A stretch of DNA of 64,000 nt, taken from Camelus dromedarius. Its lineage: Eukaryota. Made by a program: the position numbers and the translations under genes. Every line of letters begins with the position of its first letter. Within the stretch, counting starts at the first letter, position 1. The DNA is taken from contig NC_087437.1 of the NCBI RefSeq assembly GCF_036321535.1, forward strand, positions 89,840,001-89,904,000, read 5' to 3'. Of the stretch, positions 53,016 through 64,000 are shown piece by piece. Below the pieces are notes generated by a model. The model did not search any database. It was not told the origin of the DNA and saw only the letters and a program-made list of their open reading frames with translations.

Positions 53016-54642
53016 ACAGGTGATCTTGAGAAACAACGAGGAGTGAAAGTTGTCCATATATAAACAATTGGAATGAATCTTAGGCAGAAAGCATCCCAGA
53101 ATCTTTTTCTTTATGGGATTTCTGGGTAAAGTCTTTCAATGATAATCCTAGCACAAAAGTCTTCATTCAAATAAAAGACTTAGTGTTTCTGATTTAGCGT
53201 CCTTTTCTCCATAGTCCACAAATCTCAAGGAAAGTACAAGGATTAATCAAATTCATTTGGGTTTAAATGAGCTGGTAACCTAGAGTAGGAAGTATATTGT
53301 CTTCCCTTCATCTCTTTTTGTCTCATTCCCTCCCTCCCTCCCTTCCAATTAACATCCTAAGTATAGGTCCTTCAGAGAGAGCAGTACTGTTATCTCTATC
53401 ATCAATAGTTCTGTTTGGATTGTAGTTTCTTTAGGTACTTCTTCATACCTAATGGATAGAAATGATTATTTAGCTTTGGGGGAAGGCTTTTTCCTACAAC
53501 AGTAATCTAGATAGATTGCCAAGCAAGCACATTGGAACCTCAGTAAATTTATCTATGGGAACACTCACATAAGCTTGAAATTAGTATGCCCCTGGAGACT
53601 ACCCAATTTTTCCTTCTTAATCAGACCTTTAGGTGGGTAGCCAGGGTCTTAGAACTGAGCAGACAGAATCTCTAGCTGAATAATGTTGGCTCACAGAATG
53701 CATTCTTTTACACTTGGAAGAGAAATTGTGACTAAGTGACAGTGAGGTGTTTTGTTTTTTTTTTTTTTTACTTGCATGCTGTTTGTAACCTTCTGTCGCA
53801 ATGCACAGGCAGAGGGCTTTCTTGGTTAATGGGCTGGGTTTGTGGAACACTTGTCCCTTGATGCTGTGTCTGAGCCCTCAGGTCAGGACACAGACAATTT
53901 ACATCCATTTACCTGACATTCTTTATACTCAAAGGCTACCAGTGTAGTCCCAGAAAGCCTGACCCCACCATGGTTTGATAAACAGGCAGGCAAGAAGTAC
54001 TGCATTAACACAGTTCTTATATTCAGTCAAGGGAAAAACTACAGAAGCATAAGGTATTATAACACTGCACGTATTCAGCTCTTATCAGGCTTTTAAACTG
54101 CCATTACTGCTTACTTGCAAAATCTGATTCAATTTAAATTAAATAAAGAAGAAAAATCTATGTATTTTCTAAATAACCTAGCGCTAAGATTGCTTAAACA
54201 TTTCTTTTATATACACAACCATTTCTGTTAACATGTCAAAAAAGAAAAGGTATTTTCTAATTTTATTGTGTTTCTGGCATAATTTCAGAGGATTTAAAAA
54301 TCAATTGAATTAGTGGCTAAATGAATGTTTTCAACCGGAATATTTTTTGATTCATCAAAGTTACCAGAAACTCAAAGGAGTCATTTATCTTTCCTCCTCC
54401 AAATGAGTACTAATCTCAGTGATATGTTACTTTAAGAGATACTGCTATTTAAATAACCACAGAGCAGAGGCTTATTTTTACCCAGTTACTCAGTATCAGT
54501 GTAATCAGATAGATTATTTTTTAAAAACTTAGAAGTATATTTTAAAGTCATGGAGGTATTACCTGCCTGTTCATCTTTCTCTTGATTTATTTTTGATGAA
54601 CTCTACTACAATTTCAACTTATTTTCCTATGCTAATTTTTTG

Positions 54643-55140
54643 CTTCATTCATTCAAGGAATGTTCATTGAACACCTACTCTATGACAGATGCTAAAGTAT
54701 TTTTTGTGGATTCTGTAGTAACCAGAAGAGAAAACTTCTGCAATCATGAAGCTTACTTCAGAGGCAGTGTATTTTTAAAATAACGTGAGAAAAACAATGG
54801 ACATAAGAGAATGTCAGGTATTGCTAAGGACTATGAAAAATCAGAAGGAAATACCAGGGGAGAGAGGGTAATGAATGGTACTAATGTGGAATGAGGGATC
54901 AAAGAATTCTCATATGAGGAGATAAATTTTAATCAGAGGTTTGAATAAACTGAGAGTGAACCATGTAGGTATCTGGGGAAGATATTTCATGCTTAGGGGA
55001 CAGCAAGTGCAAGAGTCCTGAGGAAGTGAGTCATTTGATGTATCTGAGAAAGAGGAAGAGGGCCAGTGTGCCTGGTGTAGATTTAGGGAAGAAGAAGGGA
55101 AAAGTAGGCCATGATGTCAGCCAATGTAGGGTCTTTTTGG
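54643..55140 (-). mobile_element. L2a 3' region
   Basis: ttcattcattcaa...ttgaacacctactctatgacag...catgaagcttac...atctggggaaga...cagcaagtgcaagagtcctgagg. Confidence 0.88.
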
Positions 55141-55308
55141 TTTCAAGGCTGTGGGATGCAGTGGAAATCAGGTGAGGAGTGAGATCAATCCTGGTTTCAT
55201 TTCTCACTTCAGTCACTTGCCAGCTATTCACCATATGTACATTTGCAATAGGAGTAACTGCCTTGTAAATAGAAGGGTAGTAGCCAACTATAAAGACATT
55301 AACGTTTA

Positions 55309-55454
55309 GCACAGGGAACTATATTCAATTTCTTGTAATAAGCTATAATGGAAAAGAATCTAAATATATATATATAACTGAATTGCTCTGCTGTACACCT
55401 GAAACTAACATTATAAATCAACTACACTTCACATAAAAATAAAATTAAATTTAA
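55309..55454 (+). mobile_element. Short L1 3' end (cetartiodactyl-type) with a 17-bp TSD
   Basis: gcacagggaactatattcaa...gctgtacacctgaaactaaca...aaatcaacta plus A-rich tail. TSD aaagacattaacgttta (55292-55308) versus aaagaaattaatgttta (55455-55471). Confidence 0.92.
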
Positions 55455-55624
55455 AAAGAAATTAATGTTTAAGTTAATAAATTGTTAGAAAATAGGTCCT
55501 TTGCTCTCCGATAACAATCACATAGTGACAATTATCAGAGGAAGAAAAAAGGTGCAGTACATTTCTCTCCTATCCTCATCCCAAAATACACAAGCTTTGA
55601 AATCAAGCAACAAATATTTATAAT

Positions 55625-56060
55625 TTTAGTTGGCCTTTGTGGTTGCAAGCTACAGAGATTCATTCATGTTGCTCCAAGTGACAGGAGATTTATTGTAAGT
55701 GTAGAGACCAAAAAAAAACGCAATTTAATAGAAACAGTGAGGGTGGCAAATTCTTCCTTCGATAGGCGAATCATCACTCAGCTGCAGGAACTGGCAGCTC
55801 TTTTGTTCAACAAAGTGCTTTGATGCCCAGTTTGGCTAAGAAAGGCCAAATCTTACAGACACTTGGCCAAAAAAGGGTTGTCTGGGCAAAAAGATCACTG
55901 AGTCACTGTGCCACTTAAAAAAGTTGAATTAAAATATTACATTTTGACTCTTCTTTGTCAGGAACAATAGACAGAGGGGGAGTGGATATCAGCACATGGA
56001 TGAGAAGGGCCGAAGCCACTTAGCTTAGGAAGGGCAAGAGTAGAGTGACAACACATAAAG
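55625..56060. mobile_element. Possible ancient ERVL-class LTR remnant
   Basis: tttgtggttgcaagctacagagattca...gagatttattgtaag start motif; right boundary uncertain. Confidence 0.35.
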
Positions 56061-56789
56061 AACAGGCCCCAAATCACAGTGACCACAGTAGTCACCCCAA
56101 TGTCTGCTCTGGAAGGCGGCCCTCGTCAGGTCTCTGCTCTTTTGACCGGCAGTTTCCTTCTCTCTCTCCTTTATCCTTTATCTCTGCCTCAGAGTTAATG
56201 CTCCCAACACAACTTCAGATCACACATGCCATCAGAATGAGTTAACATTTCATACTTAGCTTTCACTCCTACTGGTTTATATTCTTGGTCTTTTTTTGTG
56301 TGTGTGTGTGCTACCTGCTGGGAAATGAATTTGATTGGCTTGGATCCGAGCTGACCTAGGAAGGAATGCTGGAAGGCTGCAGGTGGATAGAGCTCGGGGA
56401 CTTGGAAGAAGAGAATAATGACACACCAACAACAGAAAAAGCAGAGATTTGAAAATCATGCTTAATGAACCTCAAGTAATAGAGAGTCTTGAATAAGGGT
56501 TGTATTTGGGATACTTGAGATTGGAAAAAGCAAGACAATTTAAGGCATACTTCTTGCTTGTTGATAGAAAAAAGGAGTATATGTTACTGTTATGATTCAT
56601 CTCTTTCTACACATTCTCTCCTGAACAAAAAAAAATACAGATTTCTTTTTAATTAGCAAAAGTAATTCACATGTGAATAGGAACCTGAGAAATCACATGA
56701 AGAGTATTGCTCATTTTTTTGCGCTATTCACTGAGGCTTGATGTGTGGGTTCTATGTCTTCTGCACTGGGACTAGAAGGAGGTTGGTAA

Positions 56790-56985
56790 TATCATTAGAA
56801 CTGGGGAATGTGCTGGAAAAGACCGTTTAGAGTATCTAATCCAATTCTTTCATTCTACAGATGAGGACACTGAAACCCAGGAAGACAGTTTGAGTTTATT
56901 AAGATCACATTTAACAGGGGAGCTGAGAAGACAACCCCAGGGTCCTCTGTCCCACAGCACTATCTCCCTTACACCATGCTCCCTC
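56790..56985 (-). mobile_element. MIR (MIRc-like)
   Basis: atctaatccaa...cattctacagatgaggacactgaaacccagg...aagatcaca...acaccatgct. Confidence 0.8.
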
Positions 56986-58499
56986 ATCATAATGGTACAG
57001 ACTTACAACAACAATAAAGTGATCTACATATGAGAAAAAGTAGTCTGTGCTTCTGGCCTCATGTTAAGTGCTGCTATTTTCAATTGATGCTGCTTTTTAA
57101 AATAATTCATTGTCTGTATATTAATTGTACTTACATTATTCATAGGCTTAGACGTGTGTTATTCTAAGGATGAGTGAAAGAAAGAGATCCTATCCTTTTG
57201 TACTATTGTATCTGTCTTTTATATACTTCTGTTGACTACATGCCCCTTGTTTTCTGAAATTGCTCCAAAAGACTTAGGCATTCACAATGTGTTGAGATTC
57301 TTCAGGGCAGAAAGCGTACATCACTCTTCAAACTGTGACAACCATAATTTCTTTTAGACTGACCACTGCTTAGATTTTAAGAATGCAAGTAAAATTGGGC
57401 TTATTTTTTAAAAAGATATATCTATGCATTGTAGCTGCATACTCCTTATGCTCAATACCTCCTAATACCAGTTACAAAAAGACCTTTAACCTTTTGCTCC
57501 TCCTTTCATTGAGTGAAATGCATCAAGCATTTCTCACATGTGCCAGCTGAACTTCTTTATGATGTCACAGATAATTGTTTTGGCCTCGGGGAAAGAATGT
57601 GCTTTCTGCTGTAAATGATGGCTGTGGAACCATCTAGGTAAAAAATGAGCTAGTCCCGAAGTCTCAGGGTTCTTTATCTTATCAATTATTGAAGAAAGCA
57701 ACTTTCTTTAGCACTAAGAGAATACTAAAAATGTCAAGATAAAACGATGGGAAATGAAGTTGAGGATAGAAACAGATACAGTAAACAAGCGTGAAGTCAA
57801 CAAGCTCTTTAGTGGATGAGATAGAGGACATGTTAACCTCATTTACATTTTATCAGGTGAAATTATTTCTGCTTTTTAAACAACAAAAAGGGAAATTGAA
57901 TTTTTTTATTATCAGGGGAAAAGTGAGACAAGTCTGTCATCTGTGAAATCCACATCCATTTCTTCCTGGAGAAATAAATGTATTTGACTATTAATGACAA
58001 TGAGAATAACCAGAGGCACTGTACAGAATCAAACATATATAAACTACATGGCAAGTGCATTTACACTCAAGGAGATGAGTGACAAACCATGCTGTTCATC
58101 TAAAAAGCAATAATCTAATTCATTTATGTTTAAAAGCTAGGTTTGTTAGAACTTTTTGCTTGGGCACTGGGACAACATGATCAGTCTTTCTCATTCTCAG
58201 GGCAATGATGCTAAAGCTCAGTGTTTGATGTCTTCGTCATTTTCTGAGTATGCTCTCAGAAGGAGAAAGAGCAGCAAGTCAAGAAAAGGAAAAGGTCACC
58301 TCCACCACTGTCCACTACCATGACATAACTGGTGATTTTCCAAGATTCTAAAAATATCAAAATATCCAAAACTGGCAGTAAAAACTACTTGCTACTTGAT
58401 TGATAGGCACTTTCTATAAGCAAATTTTTTGAAGATCTACAATGAGCCAACATTGTTAATATAGAGGTAGGTTAAATTAGTCTTGAATATGAAGAATGA

Positions 58500-58653
58500 A
58501 TAGTACCAGTTAACATTTATTGAGCAATAATTACTGACAAAGGTGCTGTGTTGATCTCTTACTCCCACGATGTCATTTCATTTCCACTGCAATCCTATGG
58601 GGAAAATAGTATTAAGAATCCCATTTTATGGGTGAGGAAATAGAGATTTAGAA
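58500..58653 (-). mobile_element. MIR 3' half, cut by an LTR
   Basis: taacatttattgagc...aatcctatgggg...atcccattttatgggtgaggaaatagagatttagaaag. Confidence 0.82.
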
Positions 58654-59060
58654 AGTCAGAGTTAACATTACTTAAACAATAAGTAGTTCTGACAGATGAC
58701 TCATTACAATGTAATTAGCATTGCGGTTTGGGCCCCCTCCCATAGGTTTTTCTGTGTGTAACACGGGTAAGAGCATGCTCAAAACAGATGGGCGTGCCTG
58801 AGCACTCAAGAGACCAGAGCCATCAATCAATCACCAGAACACCCCTAAGCCAGGATACAAGACAGGAGAAACAAAGGAGTTGCGCCGTTTTCCTTTCTTG
58901 GGTTGGCCTACTTTCAATTCTTGGAGTTGTACCCTACGTTACTAATTTTTGCTCTATTAATAAAATTATCTGTTTACATCACACTTTCAGTTGCCCTTTT
59001 AAATTCTTTTTCTCGGGTAAGACAAAGAACCAAGGCCTTTCTCCCCTCCTCATGGTAACA
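58654..59060 (+). mobile_element. ERV1-class solo LTR, probably lineage-specific
   Basis: About 400 bp with retained CpGs, AATAAA at 58959-58964, U5-like aaattctttttctcgggtaagacaaagaacc and terminal ggtaaca. The 5' end is approximate. Confidence 0.78.
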
Positions 59061-60104
59061 CAGACACATATATATAGAGGAAACCACATTAATCATTTCA
59101 GTTGCTGCAGGACAGACAAGAGAACCTAGGTAGCATGTCTAAATCTGGTCAAAGATTTGGGGGCTGAATATTATGGCATTAATGGATACCATAAGAGATG
59201 GAATAACCGAAGGTGTAATAATTCAACACTGAGATGGGCTGATTTTTTTGCTCAAAGAGCTTACAAAAGCAAAAGCTTCCCTATTACTACTTGGGAATCA
59301 GGATTCCATATCTGAGACTTTACTGAGAAGACTGAATGGATGTGGGAAGTAGAAGAGAATCATAACACCGGATGAGAATGAGAACTATAAACATTTAATA
59401 AAAAATAAAGACGAGAAGTACAATATAATCAAAATTTAAAGTGAAATTTATCAGCACTGCTATGGAAACAATGGGGGAAATGGTTGATTACCAGGAAAAC
59501 AAAGGACACTTTTCAAGACACAAAAGACTTTAGTGAAAAAAATAAAATCACTTGGCAAAAGGATCCTTCTATTTTCATTAACAACCATTGGCAGTAAAGT
59601 AATGGGGTAGCACAGCCTGGATACAAAGTTAAACTTCTGCCATTCACTTTCATTTGAAGGAAACCAATCAAAAACAAAATTAACTGTTATTAGAAATCTA
59701 TTTTAAATAGCAACTAACTTCCAGTGTATAATAAAGAACCAATGCAGATTGAAAGAGCAAACACGTATCATTTTCTGTAGGATAGTATCGATAAGGATCC
59801 CAAGATATTACAACATTTAAATATTTTTTCAAAATATCAAAATTAAATTATAGTCAGCAAAATTGGACAGTTAAATGCATTTTAAGATTTTAGAAATGGT
59901 CATTTTATGAAAGTGAAGATTTTTACAACTACTGAGCCTGAACCACATGTCAGATGCTGCTATACAGCCTTCAAGTAGAAAATACTTGTGTTTAATAGAA
60001 GAGAACATGGAAAAGACAGCTGAAAATACTAACAGCTCCTACTTCATTCATTACTCAGAAATACTGAATGAGACTGTACTACATACATGGCACTTTTCAA
60101 AGTT

Positions 60105-61450
60105 TCAGGGATTTGGCAGTAAACAAGGGAGGCTGTTACAGAGACAAGAAGTGGTGATGGCCTGTGTCAGGGTACTTGTGTGACAGAGTAATATGCACTG
60201 GATTGATTCTGGGTAAACAATGAAGGTAGAACCACTAGGAATTGTGTTGAGGCATGTGAAGTAGGGTGTGACTAAAAGAGGTGTTTGAACGAGGTGTGAA
60301 GATACCTCCAAGTCTTTTGGCCAGAGAAACTGAAAAGATGGAATTGCCACTGTCTGAAAAAGTAGCAGAATATGAAAGAAAGGCATTTTAGGGGAAGAGA
60401 AGGACTTCACTTTTGGACATGCTGATTTTAAAATGCCTTTAGATGCAGAAGCGGACATTGGCTGAATATGTGATTCTGAAGTTGAGAGCAGATGCTCTCA
60501 ACTGTAGATATAAATTTGAAAATCACCAGCTTATGGATGGTTTTTAAAAGCATGGACTGAACAATGTCAACAATAAAATGAAAGTAGACAGAAGAGAGAA
60601 GGGGCCCCAGGGATGAATCAAAGTCTAGATGTTGGGGAGTTAAGAAGACACCACCCAGAGTCTGAGAAGGAGCATCCTATGAGGAATGAGGGGAAATCTG
60701 AAGGGTGGGTTTCTGGCAGGCAAATGTTTCCAGCAAGATTCAGTAGTCAACTGTATAAAATATTTTCATTTAATTAAGTCAGATGGGAACTCAACAATTT
60801 ACCACCAACATTGCCTAGAACAGTTTTGAAGGAGTAGTGGCAGTGGAAGAGCAAGTTTCTGTGAGTTCAAGCCAGCATGAAAGCAGAGGAACAGGTGACA
60901 ACATTGATAGCTCCTCTGAGGAGCTCTGTTGCAATCATACAGAAGGGAGAGTGGGCCTGTAGCTACAAAGGAAGTAGGGCCAACAATTATTCACAGTAGA
61001 GAAAAATAGCAGCAAGCTATTATACCAGTAAGAAAGATTAAGTGGAAAGGTGAAAAATTTATGCTTAAGAAATTTTTTATGCTGATGTAGAAAAGAGAAA
61101 GGGCCATTTGCTGAGGCTCTGCAGCAGCTCCAAATGAGAGAAGACGGGGTCTGTACATAATTTCAGAGTGAGTTTTCACCAGTAACAACTAGTAATGTTA
61201 AGAGAAGAGGGAGCACACGTGAGCACACAGTTTGATATGTAGGTGGAAATATAGTGGCCTGGTGTGCCAAGTTCAATTCTGATTGCTTTATTCTTCTCCG
61301 TAAAATAGAAGCAGAATCATTAGATGAAAGCAAGAATGAGAGATGTGTCGAAGGTGAGAAGGGGAAGGTTGAACACGGTCACCTAACTGAAAAGCTGGAC
61401 AGACTGGGAATATAGTATGATTCTTAGAAACCATCAAATGAGTGAGCATA
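60105..61450 (-). mobile_element. L2a, about 1.3 kb
   Basis: ggaggctgtt...tgaaggtagaacca...aactgaaaagatggaattgcca...ttcacttttggacatgctgatttt...tctgattgctttattcttctc. Confidence 0.88.
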
Positions 61451-61489
61451 AATCTAAAGAGTCCAACCAACATGCCGTGTGTGCTCATT

Positions 61490-61695
61490 TGCAACTTTAT
61501 TGGGCTTCAGGGAGTATGCAGTAATCTTCACTGTAGCCCTATGAGGTAGGTACAGCTGCCACCCTCAGGTAGACTTGAAGAAATGCAGGAACAAAGAGGG
61601 CTTAATGAAGTTACCCAAGATCATAGATTAGTCAGCATTAGTCTTTAGATTCTAATCTGTACATAGCTTGTATCACTTCCCAATATACTTACTGC
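61490..61695 (-). mobile_element. MIR fragment
   Basis: taatcttcactgtagccctatgaggtaggtac...ttacccaagatcatagattagt. Confidence 0.65.
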
Positions 61696-61899
61696 TTCTG
61701 TGAATTCTGTATTCCATGAAGAGACCAAGTACTTGGTCAGGGCAACAAGGTGATCTTACTGGTATTGTTCAAGATACAGAGTGCAGAAAGGGGAGAAGGT
61801 GTCACGCACAGAAACAAAGGATTTAGGAAATTACTGGAATTTTGTACTTTTGTAGTGGAGGTGGGGCTGTGAATTTTTCTGAAATAGAACAAGGTTCTG

Positions 61900-62435
61900 G
61901 CTCTCTGGCTCTTAGGAGAGAAAGAGGCAATGAAACAATCACAATATACCATGAGAAGTACTATAATTGATGTTTAATGGAACTAGAGAGGAGGAGTGCT
62001 CACCATTCTTGGAGGAGGAGGGAAGAAAAGGTGTCAGCACACACCTCCTAGATGGTAAGATGGTTAGTCAGGTTCCTGAAAGGTGAATAGAGTCCTCAGG
62101 CAAAGAACAGAATGTGCAAAGGCATGAAAAAAATATCACTTGCAGGGCCCTGATAATACTCCATCTGGGAAGAATGGGGCAACTGTAGGGAGATGAGACA
62201 TGAAAGGTAGGCTGGGAACAGCTGGAGAGCTATTTAGAAATCAGAGGTGGGGGAGTGGCAAGAGGATTTGCATCTTATGAAGGAAACACTGAACTCAATT
62301 TGAAGGATATACTGGAAAGAGAGTGGGAGGGAATATTTGAGATGCTGAGACCATTTTAGTGATTATTACAGCTGCACAGTAACTGAGGGTAAAGTGGCAA
62401 TTGTGAGAATGAAGAAAGAGATGAATTCCTGACTA
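61900..62435 (-). mobile_element. L2 fragment
   Basis: cctgaaaggtgaatag...gaacagaatgtgcaaaggcatgaa...ggagatgagacatgaaaggtaggctggg. Confidence 0.7.
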
Positions 62436-64000
62436 ACAGAAATCTCTCGAAATTGTTTCACTTTTTATCATACTGCTTTTTAATCATTATCCCATTCTTG
62501 GTACATCTAGAACCAAAAAAAAATCACCTACATTTTCAGCATTTTAAAGTTAAATATTATTTTAAATTAATTGTTTAAATGTAATTGTTTATCAATAATC
62601 AATAAGTGAACAGATATCAAACTCTTCTGTCAAAGTATTGCTTATGCTGTAGTTAGCAATCTCATTTTGAAGATTTAACTGCCATAGAAATTTGGCATAG
62701 ATTTATTCTAACAAACTTTGAAATGTCCCCAAAAAACTCAAATATATTAAATCCTTTTGGAACTAAGGTAGATATAAACAAACAAGTAATAAAATTACCT
62801 ACTCGTTTAACTAAATGAGAGAAATAATAACATATAATGGCATCTTGCTTTTAGTTAAAGACAACAATATATTACAAGTATTTATATTTACTCTCTCTAT
62901 GTGAAACTAAAACTTAAAACTGTTATTATTTTCGGTAAAACTTTAAAAAATGACTTTGGGGTACCTATAAAATCCAAAAAGTGTCTCCTATAGGCCTTGG
63001 TATAATCTTCATTTTATTTTGTACAGCTACCTGAGATTTTCTTCATTAACATTCTTTTAATTTGGTCATCTGAGCTAGTAGTCATTTACTTTTTAGTATG
63101 AGATAGTTTATCCAGAATTGCCCTCTTCTTCACATAACTAGGGTAATAAAGAAGGCATAGACCCTTTATATCATGAAAAACTCTGGCAGCTGGCCAACTG
63201 AGATAGCCTCCATCACATGAAGCTCCCACTGAATGCCTCACAGGGAGGCTATGCTCAAGGCAAAGTTGTACAATGAGAATCTGGTCTCACTAGCATCTTT
63301 TTTCTTTTAGGTCCCTGTGCTCCTAGTTGCATTTAAAATTGAAAACTAGTCAAATTTATTTAAACCCAAAGTCCCGCATGATCTCATTTACCCCCAAACT
63401 GAAAAATCCATAATCAGACAGCATTCTCCAGATCTACAAGGAAGTCAATCCTTAATCTAATATGTTGCCAGCCATACTGAAAGGTCAGCAGCTGATAATC
63501 CTCAGAGCACTGCCACCAAAGATACTTTCAAAATACCAAAGAAGAAGGCTTATATTTCAATGTTAATTTATTATCAGAGGCAAAGCTCTTACTCCTGAAT
63601 TACAGCTATGGAACTGCAAATTAACAACCCCCAAGTGGAGGACGGTCATGCTCCCAGGTCGCAGCAATAGTTAAAACTGCTGCAATGCAATACAATTCAG
63701 TACTTTCTCAAAGAGCTGAAGTCTTTAAAATCTCATTTAACAATCCTAACCTTCACTCTGAAAGTGATGTTTGCTCAGTAAATGAAAGTTAAAATTGAGC
63801 AGTTGTACCTCTTGCTTCCTTTTTTTAAAAAGGAGTTTGATTATAGTTTATAATCATCTAAGGACTGGAAGTCATAAATTTAAAGAGAGAAAGGGGAAAA
63901 AGTGCACCATACATGCTGGTCAGTTTTCTCTTTGGAAATATCTGATCTTATTCTGTGTCAAAGTCTATCTGTCCATGATGTTATTTTTAAACCTTGAAGA

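Larger units (their letters stand above)
1..64000 (-). other. CADM2: Interior of the CADM2 gene: upstream (first) intron 16708-64000, small exon, downstream intron 1-16680
   Basis: Diagnostic exon peptide at 16681-16750 with canonical splice sites. I saw neither exon 1 (MIWKRSAV...) nor the next exon (GSQGQFPLTQ...), consistent with the very long introns of CADM2. Confidence 0.92.

Noticed and set aside
59925..59941. caactactgagcctg resembles part of the CHR-2 SINE
   Set aside because: Only about 15 nt, with no tRNA-derived head or tail.
317..61952. The 60-125 aa ORFs in the supplied track
   Set aside because: Low-complexity F/L/I/K-rich translations, many with non-ATG starts or inside repeats. 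None resembles a protein I know except the L1 remnant.
1..64000. CRISPR arrays, operons, tRNA/rRNA/snRNA genes, processed pseudogenes
   Set aside because: No regularly spaced repeat-spacer pattern and no recognisable RNA gene or retrocopy seen; the sequence is mammalian intron. Highly diverged small RNAs cannot be excluded without an Infernal/Rfam search.

Overview
AT-rich, CpG-depleted mammalian genomic DNA. It lies inside the neural adhesion gene CADM2 (SynCAM2/Necl-3) on the minus strand. The only coding sequence I can support is one tiny exon. 16681-16707 is the 27-nt frame-preserving cassette (A)AASKNKVK(G). Its 5'-extended form, 16681-16750, starts at its own ATG and reads MFVLFSLCNLSLVPAAASKNKVK(G), matching the alternative CADM2 N-terminus I recall from human (MFVLFLCNLSLVPAAASKNKVKG) plus one codon. 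About 47 kb to the right is upstream intron and about 16.7 kb to the left is downstream intron. The rest is decayed L1, L2, MIR, L3/CR1, MaLR/ERV LTRs and hAT DNA elements, plus several repeat-free, motif-dense blocks. Short cetartiodactyl-type L1 3' ends and no recognisable Alu, B1/B2, Bov-A/BovB, PRE1 or CHR-2 SINEs suggest a camelid (inference). I found no new multi-gene system. The most interesting object is the dual-use exon, whose polypyrimidine tract also encodes a signal-peptide-like stretch and which is flanked by neural microexon motifs. Repeat boundaries and subfamilies are by-eye estimates, not RepeatMasker output.
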